NCBI GenBank assembly: GCA_031256725.1
Contig: JAIRQE010000005.1
Span: 1 to 32,000, forward strand
Direction of reading: 5' to 3'
Origin: Propionibacteriaceae bacterium
GTDB lineage: Bacteria > Actinomycetota > Actinomycetes > Propionibacteriales > Propionibacteriaceae
DNA: 32,000 bases
This document shows positions 1-7,607 of this stretch, piece by piece; the first letter of the stretch is position 1, and every line of letters starts with the position of its first letter. The position numbers and the translations under genes are program-made. Under the pieces are notes generated by a model, which was not told where the DNA came from, did not search any database, and worked only from the letters and a program-made list of their open reading frames with translations.

Positions 1-79
1 CATAGTCCATGTAGCGAGCGTTATTCACATGACCTTGAGCATCAAGATCACCCCAGCGTAGGGGAACCTCAACTCTCAC
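1..79 (-). CDS. acyl-CoA thioesterase, hotdog/4HBT (YbgC-like) family; 5' fragment that continues beyond the left edge
   Basis: The reverse complement of 79..1 reads GTG then RVEVPLRWGDLDAQGHVNNARYMDY. This matches the N-terminal R-W-x-D-x-D-x-x-G-H-V-N-N-x-x-Y signature of 4HBT thioesterases. GTG 79-77 overlaps the CoA-ligase 3' end (stop 71-69) by 11 nt. The fragment is too short for the ORF track. Confidence 0.5.
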   Translation of the reverse strand, partial: MRVEVPLRWGDLDAQGHVNNARYMDY

Positions 80-1931
80 TGTTCGTCTCCGCGATATCGG
101 TGAAGAGGGAGTCCACAATCTCCTGATGGGACTCAATCACGCGATTCCTCTTAATCTTGAGAGACTCGGTGACTGCTCCAGTTTCCACGGTCAACTCATG
201 ATCGAGGATGGCGTACTGCTTAATCGTTTCCCACTTTTCAAGATGGGTGTTGGCCTTCGCAATGAAACGGTCGATGGAGCGACGAATCTCGGGGAGCTGG
301 GAGAGTTCAGCATAGGACAGCTTCGGGTACCCGTGGTTCTTCCCCCACCGCATGAGGGAATCACGATCCATCACCAACAGTGCGCCAATGTACTTATGCC
401 CGTCACCCACAGCGATGGCCTGAGAGATATAGGGCACGTTCGCCATGAGGGCCGCCTCAACCTTGGTGGGTGCGACGTACTTTCCACCAGAGGTCTTGAC
501 CAGATCCTTCTTGCGGTCGGTGATGCGTAGATGCCCCAGCTCGTCAAGGTACCCATTGTCGCCAGTGTGGAACCAACCATCAGCGTCAATCGCCTCAGCA
601 GTGGCTTCAGGATTTTTATGATAGCCATCCATGATGTTCGGGCCACGCATGAGTACCTCACCATCCTCAGCGATGCGAATCTCCAGACCAGGAATCGGCA
701 AGCCGACCGAGCCGAAGCGAGGCTCCTTGTAATGGTTGACTGCATCAACAGTGGCAGCCTCGGTGAGGCCATAACCTTCGACAACGATGATCCCAGCGGC
801 ATAGAACCACTTTTGTACCTGTGGGCTGAGCTTGGCTGCACCCGAGATCATGAACTCAATATTGCCACCCATCTTCTCGCGCAACTTGGAGAAGACAAGC
901 TTGTCGGCGACGGCGAAGCGAGCTTTGAGTACCGCTGGCATCTTCTTTCCCTCAAGACGGTAGGGAATCGCTTTATAACCGACCGAAAAAGCCCAGTGGG
1001 CGATGAGTCCCTTGACGCCACGTGAGGTTTCGCCCGTGAGTACTGCGGCGCGTACCTTCTCAAAGATACGGGGAACACCGCACATGAAGTCTGGTTTGAT
1101 CAGCCCAAGGTTCTCCGTGATCTTGTCGATACGACCATCAATGGCGGTCTGGAAGCCGTACTTCAACTGGAAAGCCATCATCGACTTTCCGAAGGAGTGG
1201 GACAGCGGAAGCCAGAGATAGGACAGGTGGTCGGTACGTACCAGGTTGAGAAGTTCAATTGACTCGGCAAGATAGGACCAAGCCCCATGCTTGAGTCGAA
1301 CACCCTTGGGCCGGCCTGTCGTACCTGAAGTGTAGATCAGTGTGGCAAGGGTATCGCGGGTAACCTGAGCGAGGGAATCCTCAACCGAGGTCGGATTCTT
1401 GGCCAGGTAGGCATCGCCCTCAGCCAGGAAGTCGCTCCAGGAGATGACCCTCTTACCATCGGATTCTCCCTTGATGACGATGATACAGGGGATCTCCTTG
1501 TTGAGTTCCTTATGATCAAGGACCTTCTGGACCTGATCCATGTCCTCGGCGACGACCACACGAGAATCGGAGTCGGTGAGGATGAAGCACACATCCTCGG
1601 ACTTCGTATTCGGGTAGACCGTCGTCGTTGCACACCCTGCCAGTGCAATACCGAAGTCTGCAAGAGCCCACTCAATGCGGGTCGTCGAAATGATTCCGAT
1701 TCGATCCTCAAGTTTCATCCCGCGACCAAGGAGTGCTGCTGCGAAGGCAGAGGACTTTGCCAGCACCTCAGTCCAAGATATATCCTGCCACACCTCGTCG
1801 GCATCTGGGTAGGTGAAGGCCCTCCTATCAGGGGTTGCCTTGACTCGGTTAACGAGCATTTCACCTAGTGATTGGGGGGATCTTGCATAGATCTCAGCCT
1901 GAAGTTCGGCGGTTCCTTCTGGTGTCTGCAT
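69..1931 (-). CDS. fadD: long-chain fatty-acid--CoA ligase (AMP-dependent synthetase, FadD15/FACL type)
   Basis: 620-aa ORF with the AMP-binding signature LIYTSGTTGRPKGV, a GYGLTE motif, and C-terminal HTGDNGYLDELGHLRITDRKKDLVKTSGGKYV. A GAGGAG SD lies 5 nt upstream of ATG 1931. Confidence 0.9.
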   Translation of the reverse strand: MQTPEGTAELQAEIYARSPQSLGEMLVNRVKATPDRRAFTYPDADEVWQDISWTEVLAKSSAFAAALLGRGMKLEDRIGIISTTRIEWALADFGIALAGCATTTVYPNTKSEDVCFILTDSDSRVVVAEDMDQVQKVLDHKELNKEIPCIIVIKGESDGKRVISWSDFLAEGDAYLAKNPTSVEDSLAQVTRDTLATLIYTSGTTGRPKGVRLKHGAWSYLAESIELLNLVRTDHLSYLWLPLSHSFGKSMMAFQLKYGFQTAIDGRIDKITENLGLIKPDFMCGVPRIFEKVRAAVLTGETSRGVKGLIAHWAFSVGYKAIPYRLEGKKMPAVLKARFAVADKLVFSKLREKMGGNIEFMISGAAKLSPQVQKWFYAAGIIVVEGYGLTEAATVDAVNHYKEPRFGSVGLPIPGLEIRIAEDGEVLMRGPNIMDGYHKNPEATAEAIDADGWFHTGDNGYLDELGHLRITDRKKDLVKTSGGKYVAPTKVEAALMANVPYISQAIAVGDGHKYIGALLVMDRDSLMRWGKNHGYPKLSYAELSQLPEIRRSIDRFIAKANTHLEKWETIKQYAILDHELTVETGAVTESLKIKRNRVIESHQEIVDSLFTDIAETNSES

Positions 1932-1947
1932 TAGTACTCCTCAGATT

Positions 1948-1967
1948 AACTTACGGTACCGTAGGTT
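1948..1967. promoter_or_regulatory. candidate operator: near-perfect 20-bp palindrome AACtTACGGTACCGTAgGTT (perfect 12-bp core TACGGTACCGTA at 1952-1963)
   Basis: Read directly from the sequence. It sits 17 nt upstream of the fadD start codon, just outside the SD, in the fadD / oxidoreductase divergent intergenic region. Confidence 0.4.
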
Positions 1968-2130
1968 ACTGCATAACCCCCCGGAACCACAAGTATTAAC
2001 TCTAGGTCAACAAGATGACTCACGGTCACGATGTCCGCAGTTGACTTGAGAATCCTCACCCGAAGATAAGGGTTCAAGACAACTCCACCCCCATTCTAAT
2101 CACACAGATTATGACCCTGTTACATTTAGA

Positions 2131-2136
2131 TATAAT
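2131..2136 (+). promoter_or_regulatory. candidate -10 hexamer TATAAT for the downstream oxidoreductase gene
   Basis: A perfect TATAAT 26 nt upstream of GTG 2163. No convincing -35 was found (TTATGA at 16-nt spacing matches 3 of 6). Confidence 0.3.
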
Positions 2137-2162
2137 CACCTTTTGACCTTTCATCGGATAAG

Positions 2163-4994
2163 GTGATCCCGATTAGGACACTCCAGTCACAAGAGTTGGT
2201 TTCGTGGCAAGATTATGGGGTGACCAACACCACCCTTGAGGATTTCCTTTCAGCCTTGGGAACAGGATCAGTCTGCGTTGATTCCACCCCCATGGCACGG
2301 GCTTTGTACTCCTCAGATTCCTCCATCTATCGCGTTCCACCACTAGCAGTGGCCTGTCCCCGTGATCGCGACGAGTTGGTAGCCGTCGTCTCGGCTGCAC
2401 TCTTGGTTGGTCTACCCATGACGGCCCGCGGAGCTGGTACCTCCTGTGCTGGGAACGCTGTAGGTGCAGGATTAGTCATCGACATGAGACGCCACCTCAA
2501 CCAGATTCATACCATTGATGCTGAGGCTCGTACCGTAGTCGTCGAACCTGGTGTTGTCCAAGAAACCCTTCAACGCGCTGTTCGCCCATTCGGCTTACGC
2601 TATGGCCCTGATCCCTCAACCTCAACCAGATGTACCATCGGAGGAATCGTCGGCAATAACGCTTGCGGACCGAGAGCCCTGGGATATGGGATCGCAGCCA
2701 CCAACCTCGTTGATGCCGACATCATCACTGGTACAGGGGATCTCCGCCAGCTCAGCCACCTTCTAAAGGTACCCGCCACAGCCTCGCTCTTATCCCTTGT
2801 GGATGACAATTTGGGAACCATCCGCACACAATTCGGACTCTTCTCCCGCCAAGTTTCCGGATACAGCCTCCAACACCTCCTGCCAGAGAATCGTGGAAGT
2901 CTCGCCTCCTTCTTCGCTGGCACAGAGGGTACCTTGGGGGTCGCCACTGGTTTAACGGTATCCCTTGCCCCAGATCCGGCCCATACACTCACATTAGCTT
3001 TGGGGTATCCGACAATGGCCGAGGCGGCTGATGCAGTACCACCTCTGCTACCCTTCCGGCCCACCGCAGTCGAGGGGATGGATTCCCGAATCGTTGAGGT
3101 GGTACGTCGGGCACGTGGCGAGTCAGCCGTACCCCCACTTCCGCGAGGTGTAGGATGGATCTTCATCGAATTGGGTGGCGAGGATCCTGGAGAGGTGGCC
3201 TCCCGTGGAGCTCAGGTGATTGCAGCCGGGCAGGCGGTCGAGGGATGGATCGTTGAAGATCCCATCCAGGCTGCCGCCCTATGGAAGATCCGCTCTGATG
3301 GCGCAGGATTGGCTGGAGTGAGTCTCGATAAACCTGCATACCCCGGCTGGGAGGACGCAGCTGTACCCCCCGAGAAACTTGGTGAGTATCTGCGTCAATT
3401 CGAGGAGTTGGTGGATAGCTATGGGTTCACGACCCTTCCCTATGGCCACTTTGGTGAAGGATGTGTCCACGCTCGTATCGACTTCCCCCTATCCGAAAAG
3501 GGCGGACTGGGCAGGTACCGGGATTTCGTGACCGATGCTGCCCGGATGGTCGCCAGTTTCGGTGGATCACTTTCTGGGGAACATGGGGACGGTCGAGCCC
3601 GTTCCGAACTCCTGCCCCTGATGTACTCCCCCGAAGCCCTCTCACTGTTTTCTGCCGTCAAACATATCTTTGATCCCCGCAACCTCATGAACCCTGGGGT
3701 CTTGGTTGATCCCAAACCCCTTGATGCTGAGGTACGTTACGCTGGATTAGTCGACAATCCTTTCGCCGGTCTTCACCGCGATTTCACAGCCCAGGTACAC
3801 CGATGTACTGGCGTGGGGACATGTGTCGCCGCACACGGATCGGGAGTCATGTGCCCCTCCTATCAGGCCACCCGCGAAGAAAAGGACTCCACCCGAGGTC
3901 GCGCCCGTATCCTCCAAGAGATGGTCGCTGGCACCCTCATCCGCGGGTGGGACTCCCCCGAAGTCACTGAGGCCCTCGACCTGTGCCTGTCCTGCAAAGG
4001 ATGTACAAACGACTGCCCCACAGGTGTCGACATCGCCTCCGCAAAGTCCTACCAACTCCATCAGCGCTATCGCGGAAAGATCCGTCCCCGAACCCATTAC
4101 GCCTTGGGTTGGCTCCCCAGATGGGGTCGCCTGGTCACCCGTCTTCGACTTGGACCCCTAGCCAACCTTGCCCTGTCGTTGCCTGGAATGGGTCGACTAG
4201 CAAAGTACATCGCAGGAGTCGACCATCGCCGACCGCTCCCCCGATTCTCAGCTATTTCTGGTAGTACCCGCGCCAAAAGTCTGGATCTGGATTCCACCAA
4301 GAAACCAGTCCTGGTGTGGGTTGATTCTTTCACAGACTCCTTTGAGGGTACCGCCCTTCCAGCCCTCCTCAAAGTCCTTATTGCTGCCGGGTACACCCCA
4401 CAATTCCTTGACAGTACAGCCTGCTGTGGCCTCACGTGGATCACTACTGGCCAACGCGACGGCGCTGCAAAACAGATCCGTCACGCTTTAGACGCCCTAG
4501 CGCCACTAGCAGAAGCCGGAATCCCCGTAGTCGGTATAGAACCCAGTTGCATCGCCGTGTGGCGCTCCGATGCCCACGAACTCGTCGACGACCCCCGAGT
4601 CACCACTGTGGCATCCGCAATCAAAACCCTGGCCGAACTCTTGGAATCCAACGATTGGGTTCCTCCCGCCCTCCCCGACCATGAGGTACTAGCCCAGCCC
4701 CACTGCCACCACACCTCCGTCCTAGGATGGAAAACCGACCTGGCTCTGCTGACCCGAATGGGCGCAAAGGTAACCACTATCCAAGGATGCTGCGGTCTAG
4801 CCGGCAACTTTGGCGTGGAAATCGGCCACTACGACACCTCCCTCGCAGTAGCTGGTACAAACCTTCTCCCCACCCTAGAGGCCAACCCCACAGCCATAGT
4901 CCTATCCGATGGGTTCTCCTGCCGAAAACAGATCACCGACCTGACCGATCAAACCCCAGTAACCCTGGCAGAACTCATAGCAGCCCACCTGTAA
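2163..4994 (+). CDS. FAD-binding oxidase fused to an Fe-S / CCG-domain module (GlcD-GlcF fusion, YdiJ-like 2-hydroxyacid dehydrogenase)
   Basis: 943-aa ORF. The N-terminal part looks like a PCMH-type FAD-binding domain (YSSDSSIYRVPPLAV..., GAGTSCAGNAVG). It has the ferredoxin-type motif CLSCKGCTNDCP and a second Cys cluster CTGVGTCVAAHGSGVMCPS. There are two CCG motifs (ACCGLTW, GCCGLAGNFG). The GTG start is the only long-frame start; the exact start is uncertain. Confidence 0.85.
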   Translation: MIPIRTLQSQELVSWQDYGVTNTTLEDFLSALGTGSVCVDSTPMARALYSSDSSIYRVPPLAVACPRDRDELVAVVSAALLVGLPMTARGAGTSCAGNAVGAGLVIDMRRHLNQIHTIDAEARTVVVEPGVVQETLQRAVRPFGLRYGPDPSTSTRCTIGGIVGNNACGPRALGYGIAATNLVDADIITGTGDLRQLSHLLKVPATASLLSLVDDNLGTIRTQFGLFSRQVSGYSLQHLLPENRGSLASFFAGTEGTLGVATGLTVSLAPDPAHTLTLALGYPTMAEAADAVPPLLPFRPTAVEGMDSRIVEVVRRARGESAVPPLPRGVGWIFIELGGEDPGEVASRGAQVIAAGQAVEGWIVEDPIQAAALWKIRSDGAGLAGVSLDKPAYPGWEDAAVPPEKLGEYLRQFEELVDSYGFTTLPYGHFGEGCVHARIDFPLSEKGGLGRYRDFVTDAARMVASFGGSLSGEHGDGRARSELLPLMYSPEALSLFSAVKHIFDPRNLMNPGVLVDPKPLDAEVRYAGLVDNPFAGLHRDFTAQVHRCTGVGTCVAAHGSGVMCPSYQATREEKDSTRGRARILQEMVAGTLIRGWDSPEVTEALDLCLSCKGCTNDCPTGVDIASAKSYQLHQRYRGKIRPRTHYALGWLPRWGRLVTRLRLGPLANLALSLPGMGRLAKYIAGVDHRRPLPRFSAISGSTRAKSLDLDSTKKPVLVWVDSFTDSFEGTALPALLKVLIAAGYTPQFLDSTACCGLTWITTGQRDGAAKQIRHALDALAPLAEAGIPVVGIEPSCIAVWRSDAHELVDDPRVTTVASAIKTLAELLESNDWVPPALPDHEVLAQPHCHHTSVLGWKTDLALLTRMGAKVTTIQGCCGLAGNFGVEIGHYDTSLAVAGTNLLPTLEANPTAIVLSDGFSCRKQITDLTDQTPVTLAELIAAHL

Positions 4995-5083
4995 ACCCAT
5001 AGTCACGATTTACGCTCACTGGGGAAATCCTGGTCTTCTCCTGACACGTCGGCAACTAAAGTGGAAACTTGGGAATTCTTGGC

Positions 5084-5151
5084 GAGATGTCAGAGATGTC
5101 ACTGGATACGTCCCTTGACATCTTGATCTGGCATAATGTTTCCTTGATCTG
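5084..5151. promoter_or_regulatory. repeat-dense ettA upstream region with three copies of AGATGTCA and two of CTTGATCTG
   Basis: Read directly. There is a perfect 9-bp tandem GAGATGTCA at 5084-5092 and 5093-5101. An inverted copy TGACATCT lies at 5116-5123. CTTGATCTG occurs at 5122-5130 and 5143-5151 (21-bp period). All lie 24-91 nt upstream of ATG 5175, and a TANNNT-type TAATGT sits at 5134-5139. Confidence 0.3.
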
Positions 5152-5174
5152 CCCCACGAGTTCCAAGGAGACCC

Positions 5175-6857
5175 ATGGCTGAGTTTATTCTCACGATGTC
5201 CAATGTTCGCAAGAAGCTTGGCGAGAAGCTCATCTTCGAGAATGTAAGCATGTCCTTCTTCCCCGATGCGAAGATTGGTGTTGTTGGGCCTAATGGTGCA
5301 GGGAAATCAACCTTGCTCAAGCTCATGGCAGGGATGGAGAAGCCCAATAATGGTGAAGTCTATCTCGCAAAGGAAGCCACTGTGGGCGTACTCTTGCAGG
5401 AGCCTCCGCTGACTGAGGGCAAAACCGTACTAGAAAACATCCAGGAAGCTGTGGGAGACACCCTCAAAAAGCTGGAACGCTTCAACGAGGTTTCGTCCGC
5501 TTTGGCGGACCCAGATGCAGACTTTGATGCGCTCCTTGCTGAGATGGGTGAATTGCAGACAGAGTTGGATCACCTTCAGGCCTGGGATTTAGATGCGCAA
5601 TTGGAGCAGGCAATGGATGCCTTACGCTGTCCCGATTCTGATGCAATCGTGGATGTTCTCTCCGGTGGTGAAAGGCGTCGTGTAGCCCTGTGTAAGCTGC
5701 TCTTGCAGCAGCCTGATCTTCTGCTCTTGGATGAGCCTACTAACCACTTGGACGCAGAATCGGTGAATTGGCTGGAAGGGCATTTAAAGAATTATCCGGG
5801 CGCGGTCCTAGCAGTCACCCACGACCGGTACTTCCTCGACAATGTTGCCGGATGGATCTGTGAGGTTGACCGCGGCCAACTGCATCCCTATGAAGGCAAC
5901 TACTCGACCTACTTGGAAACCAAAAAGGCCCGACTCTCAATTGAAGGCAAAAAGGATGCCAAGAGGGCCAAGATCCTGGAAAGGGAACTTGAATGGGTAC
6001 GCTCCAATCCGAAGGCCCGCCAAGCTAAGAGCAAGGCCCGTCTCCAGCGCTACGAAGAATTGGCGGCTGAAGCGGAACGTAACCGCGCACTTGATCTCGC
6101 GGAAATCAACATCCCACCAGGTCCACGACTTGGATCAGACGTGATCGAGGTCACCAAACTCAGTAAGGGATTCGGGGATCGAACCCTCATTGATGACCTG
6201 TCATTCTCTTTGCCCAGGGCCGGAATTGTTGGCATCATTGGCCCTAATGGTGTTGGCAAAACCACCCTCTTCAAGATGCTCATCGGTGAGGAAACCCCTG
6301 ATTCCGGCGCAGTCAAGGTTGGCTCCACAGTTTCCTTCAGCTATGTCGATCAGGGTCGTTCCGGGATCGCCCCCAATCAGAACGTATGGCAGGTCGTTTC
6401 TGATGAACTCGACTTCATTAAGGTTGGCAGTTTTGAGATGCCTAGCCGCGCCTATGTCGCCTCCTTCGGGTTCAAGGGCCCTGATCAACAAAAGTTAGCT
6501 GGTGTCCTCTCTGGTGGGGAGCGCAACCGCTTGAACCTTGCCTTGACCCTCAAACAGGGTGGCAACGTACTCCTCCTCGACGAGCCAACAAACGACTTGG
6601 ACGTTGAGACCCTTCAGTCCCTAGAAGATGCGCTCCTAGAGTTTCCTGGGTGCGCCGTCGTGATCTCCCACGATCGGTGGTTCCTGGACCGTGTAGCCAC
6701 CCATATCCTTGCCTGGGAGGGCGACGATGAGAATCCGGCCAAATGGTTCTGGTACGAAGGAAACTTCGAGGACTACGAAGCGAACAAGATCCAACGCCTT
6801 GGCGCCGAAGCAGCAAGGACACATCGTACGACCCACCGTCGGCTTACTCGCGACTGA
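5175..6857 (+). CDS. ettA: ABC-F translation factor EttA (energy-dependent translational throttle)
   Basis: 560 aa with two ABC cassettes. Walker A motifs are GPNGAGKST and GPNGVGKTT. Signature motifs are LSGGERRRV and LSGGERNRL. Walker B motifs are LLLLDEPTNHLD and VLLLDEPTNDLD. No TM domain. An AAGGAG SD precedes the ATG. Confidence 0.95.
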   Translation: MAEFILTMSNVRKKLGEKLIFENVSMSFFPDAKIGVVGPNGAGKSTLLKLMAGMEKPNNGEVYLAKEATVGVLLQEPPLTEGKTVLENIQEAVGDTLKKLERFNEVSSALADPDADFDALLAEMGELQTELDHLQAWDLDAQLEQAMDALRCPDSDAIVDVLSGGERRRVALCKLLLQQPDLLLLDEPTNHLDAESVNWLEGHLKNYPGAVLAVTHDRYFLDNVAGWICEVDRGQLHPYEGNYSTYLETKKARLSIEGKKDAKRAKILERELEWVRSNPKARQAKSKARLQRYEELAAEAERNRALDLAEINIPPGPRLGSDVIEVTKLSKGFGDRTLIDDLSFSLPRAGIVGIIGPNGVGKTTLFKMLIGEETPDSGAVKVGSTVSFSYVDQGRSGIAPNQNVWQVVSDELDFIKVGSFEMPSRAYVASFGFKGPDQQKLAGVLSGGERNRLNLALTLKQGGNVLLLDEPTNDLDVETLQSLEDALLEFPGCAVVISHDRWFLDRVATHILAWEGDDENPAKWFWYEGNFEDYEANKIQRLGAEAARTHRTTHRRLTRD

Positions 6858-6892
6858 TGCACCAAGTTTCTTAACTGCTGCATCAACCTGAG

Positions 6893-6916
6893 CCTGTGGT
6901 GTTGGTTATCCACAGG
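6893..6916 (+). terminator. possible ettA terminator hairpin CCTGTGG-N10-CCACAGG followed by a T-rich tract
   Basis: A 7-bp perfect stem with a 10-nt loop, followed by GGCTGATTTCTTTTCTCT, 36 nt after the ettA stop. It overlaps the first TTATCCACA box, so the function is ambiguous. Confidence 0.35.
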
Positions 6917-6946
6917 GGCTGATTTCTTTTCTCTGGTTATCCACAG
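6904..6946. repeat. 12-bp perfect direct repeat GGTTATCCACAG (6904-6915 and 6935-6946), each containing a perfect DnaA-box consensus TTATCCACA
   Basis: Read directly. TTATCCACA is at 6906-6914 and 6937-6945. TGTGGTGTT copies flank them at 6895-6903 and 6968-6976, and their reverse complement contains CCACA. Confidence 0.6.
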
Positions 6947-7044
6947 ATTCTTAGTTTCATCGCAGTTTGTGGTGTTCCGACTCCATTGTCTTCACTGGAA
7001 GGTGTGGACTCTGGGCCTTCCAATTGATAAAGGAAGGAGCTTCT

Positions 7045-7512
7045 ATGCAAGCGACGATGACACTGACCGGTTATGTTGGCCACTCCCTCGAGTTGAAACA
7101 GACAAAGACAGGAGTGCCCACTGTGAGTTTCAGAGTGGGTACGACACCACGAATGAGGACCCTCGAAGGATGGGTCAATGGGGTCACGACATGGACCACG
7201 GTGGTTTGCTACCGCAATCTGGCTGAAAATATCTTCATGAGCATCCACAAGGGTGACCCGGTTGTTGTCCACGGACGGATACGAACCCAATCATGGGTGG
7301 GCCCCAATGAGCAGACCCAAGAGAGGATGGTCGTGGAGGCCCGTTTCGTGGGTCACGATCTCAACAGGGGTTCGACCACGTTCGAGAAGGCAGTACGACA
7401 AACTGAAGTTGTCTCAGAAGGGGTTCCGGAAATACCAGCCCCCGATACCGATGACCCCATTGATGACTCGCCCATCGAAGAGTTCGATTTGGAAGAGGTC
7501 TTGGTGAGCTAA
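7045..7512 (+). CDS. single-stranded DNA-binding protein paralogue (SsbB-type, no canonical C-terminal tip)
   Basis: OB-fold SSB pattern (TLTGYVG..LELKQTKTGVPTVSFRVGTTPR...WTTVVCYRNLAENIFMSIHKGDPVVVHGRIRTQSW). An AAGGAAGGAG SD precedes ATG 7045. The track ORF starts earlier at 6967, but that start has no SD. The acidic tail ends ...EEFDLEEVLVS. Confidence 0.8.
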   Translation: MQATMTLTGYVGHSLELKQTKTGVPTVSFRVGTTPRMRTLEGWVNGVTTWTTVVCYRNLAENIFMSIHKGDPVVVHGRIRTQSWVGPNEQTQERMVVEARFVGHDLNRGSTTFEKAVRQTEVVSEGVPEIPAPDTDDPIDDSPIEEFDLEEVLVS

Positions 7513-7526
7513 GACAGATGCCCCAA

Positions 7527-7552
7527 TCGCCCTGCGAATACGCGCAGGGCGA
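7527..7552. terminator. bidirectional hairpin between the convergent ssb-like and GTPase genes
   Basis: Perfect 10-bp stem TCGCCCTGCG / CGCAGGGCGA with a 6-nt loop AATACG. There is no U-tract on either side. Confidence 0.55.
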
Positions 7553-7607
7553 GATGATGAAAGTATTCACGATTTTCTGCGCTTGACTCGGGATCACGCA
7601 AGATCAC

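Noticed and set aside
1948-1967. Resemblance of the fadD palindrome to an IdeR/DtxR iron box (it contains TAGGTTA / TAACCTA).
   Set aside because: The half-site orientation is inverted relative to the TTAGGTTAGCCTAACCTAA consensus, and the central CGGTACCG does not fit.
5115-5139. Sigma-70-like promoter pair TTGACA (5115-5120) with TAATGT or CATAAT upstream of ettA.
   Set aside because: The spacer is only 13 nt (or 11 nt), far from the 16-18 nt optimum. A -10-only promoter remains possible, but the -35/-10 pairing is not supported.
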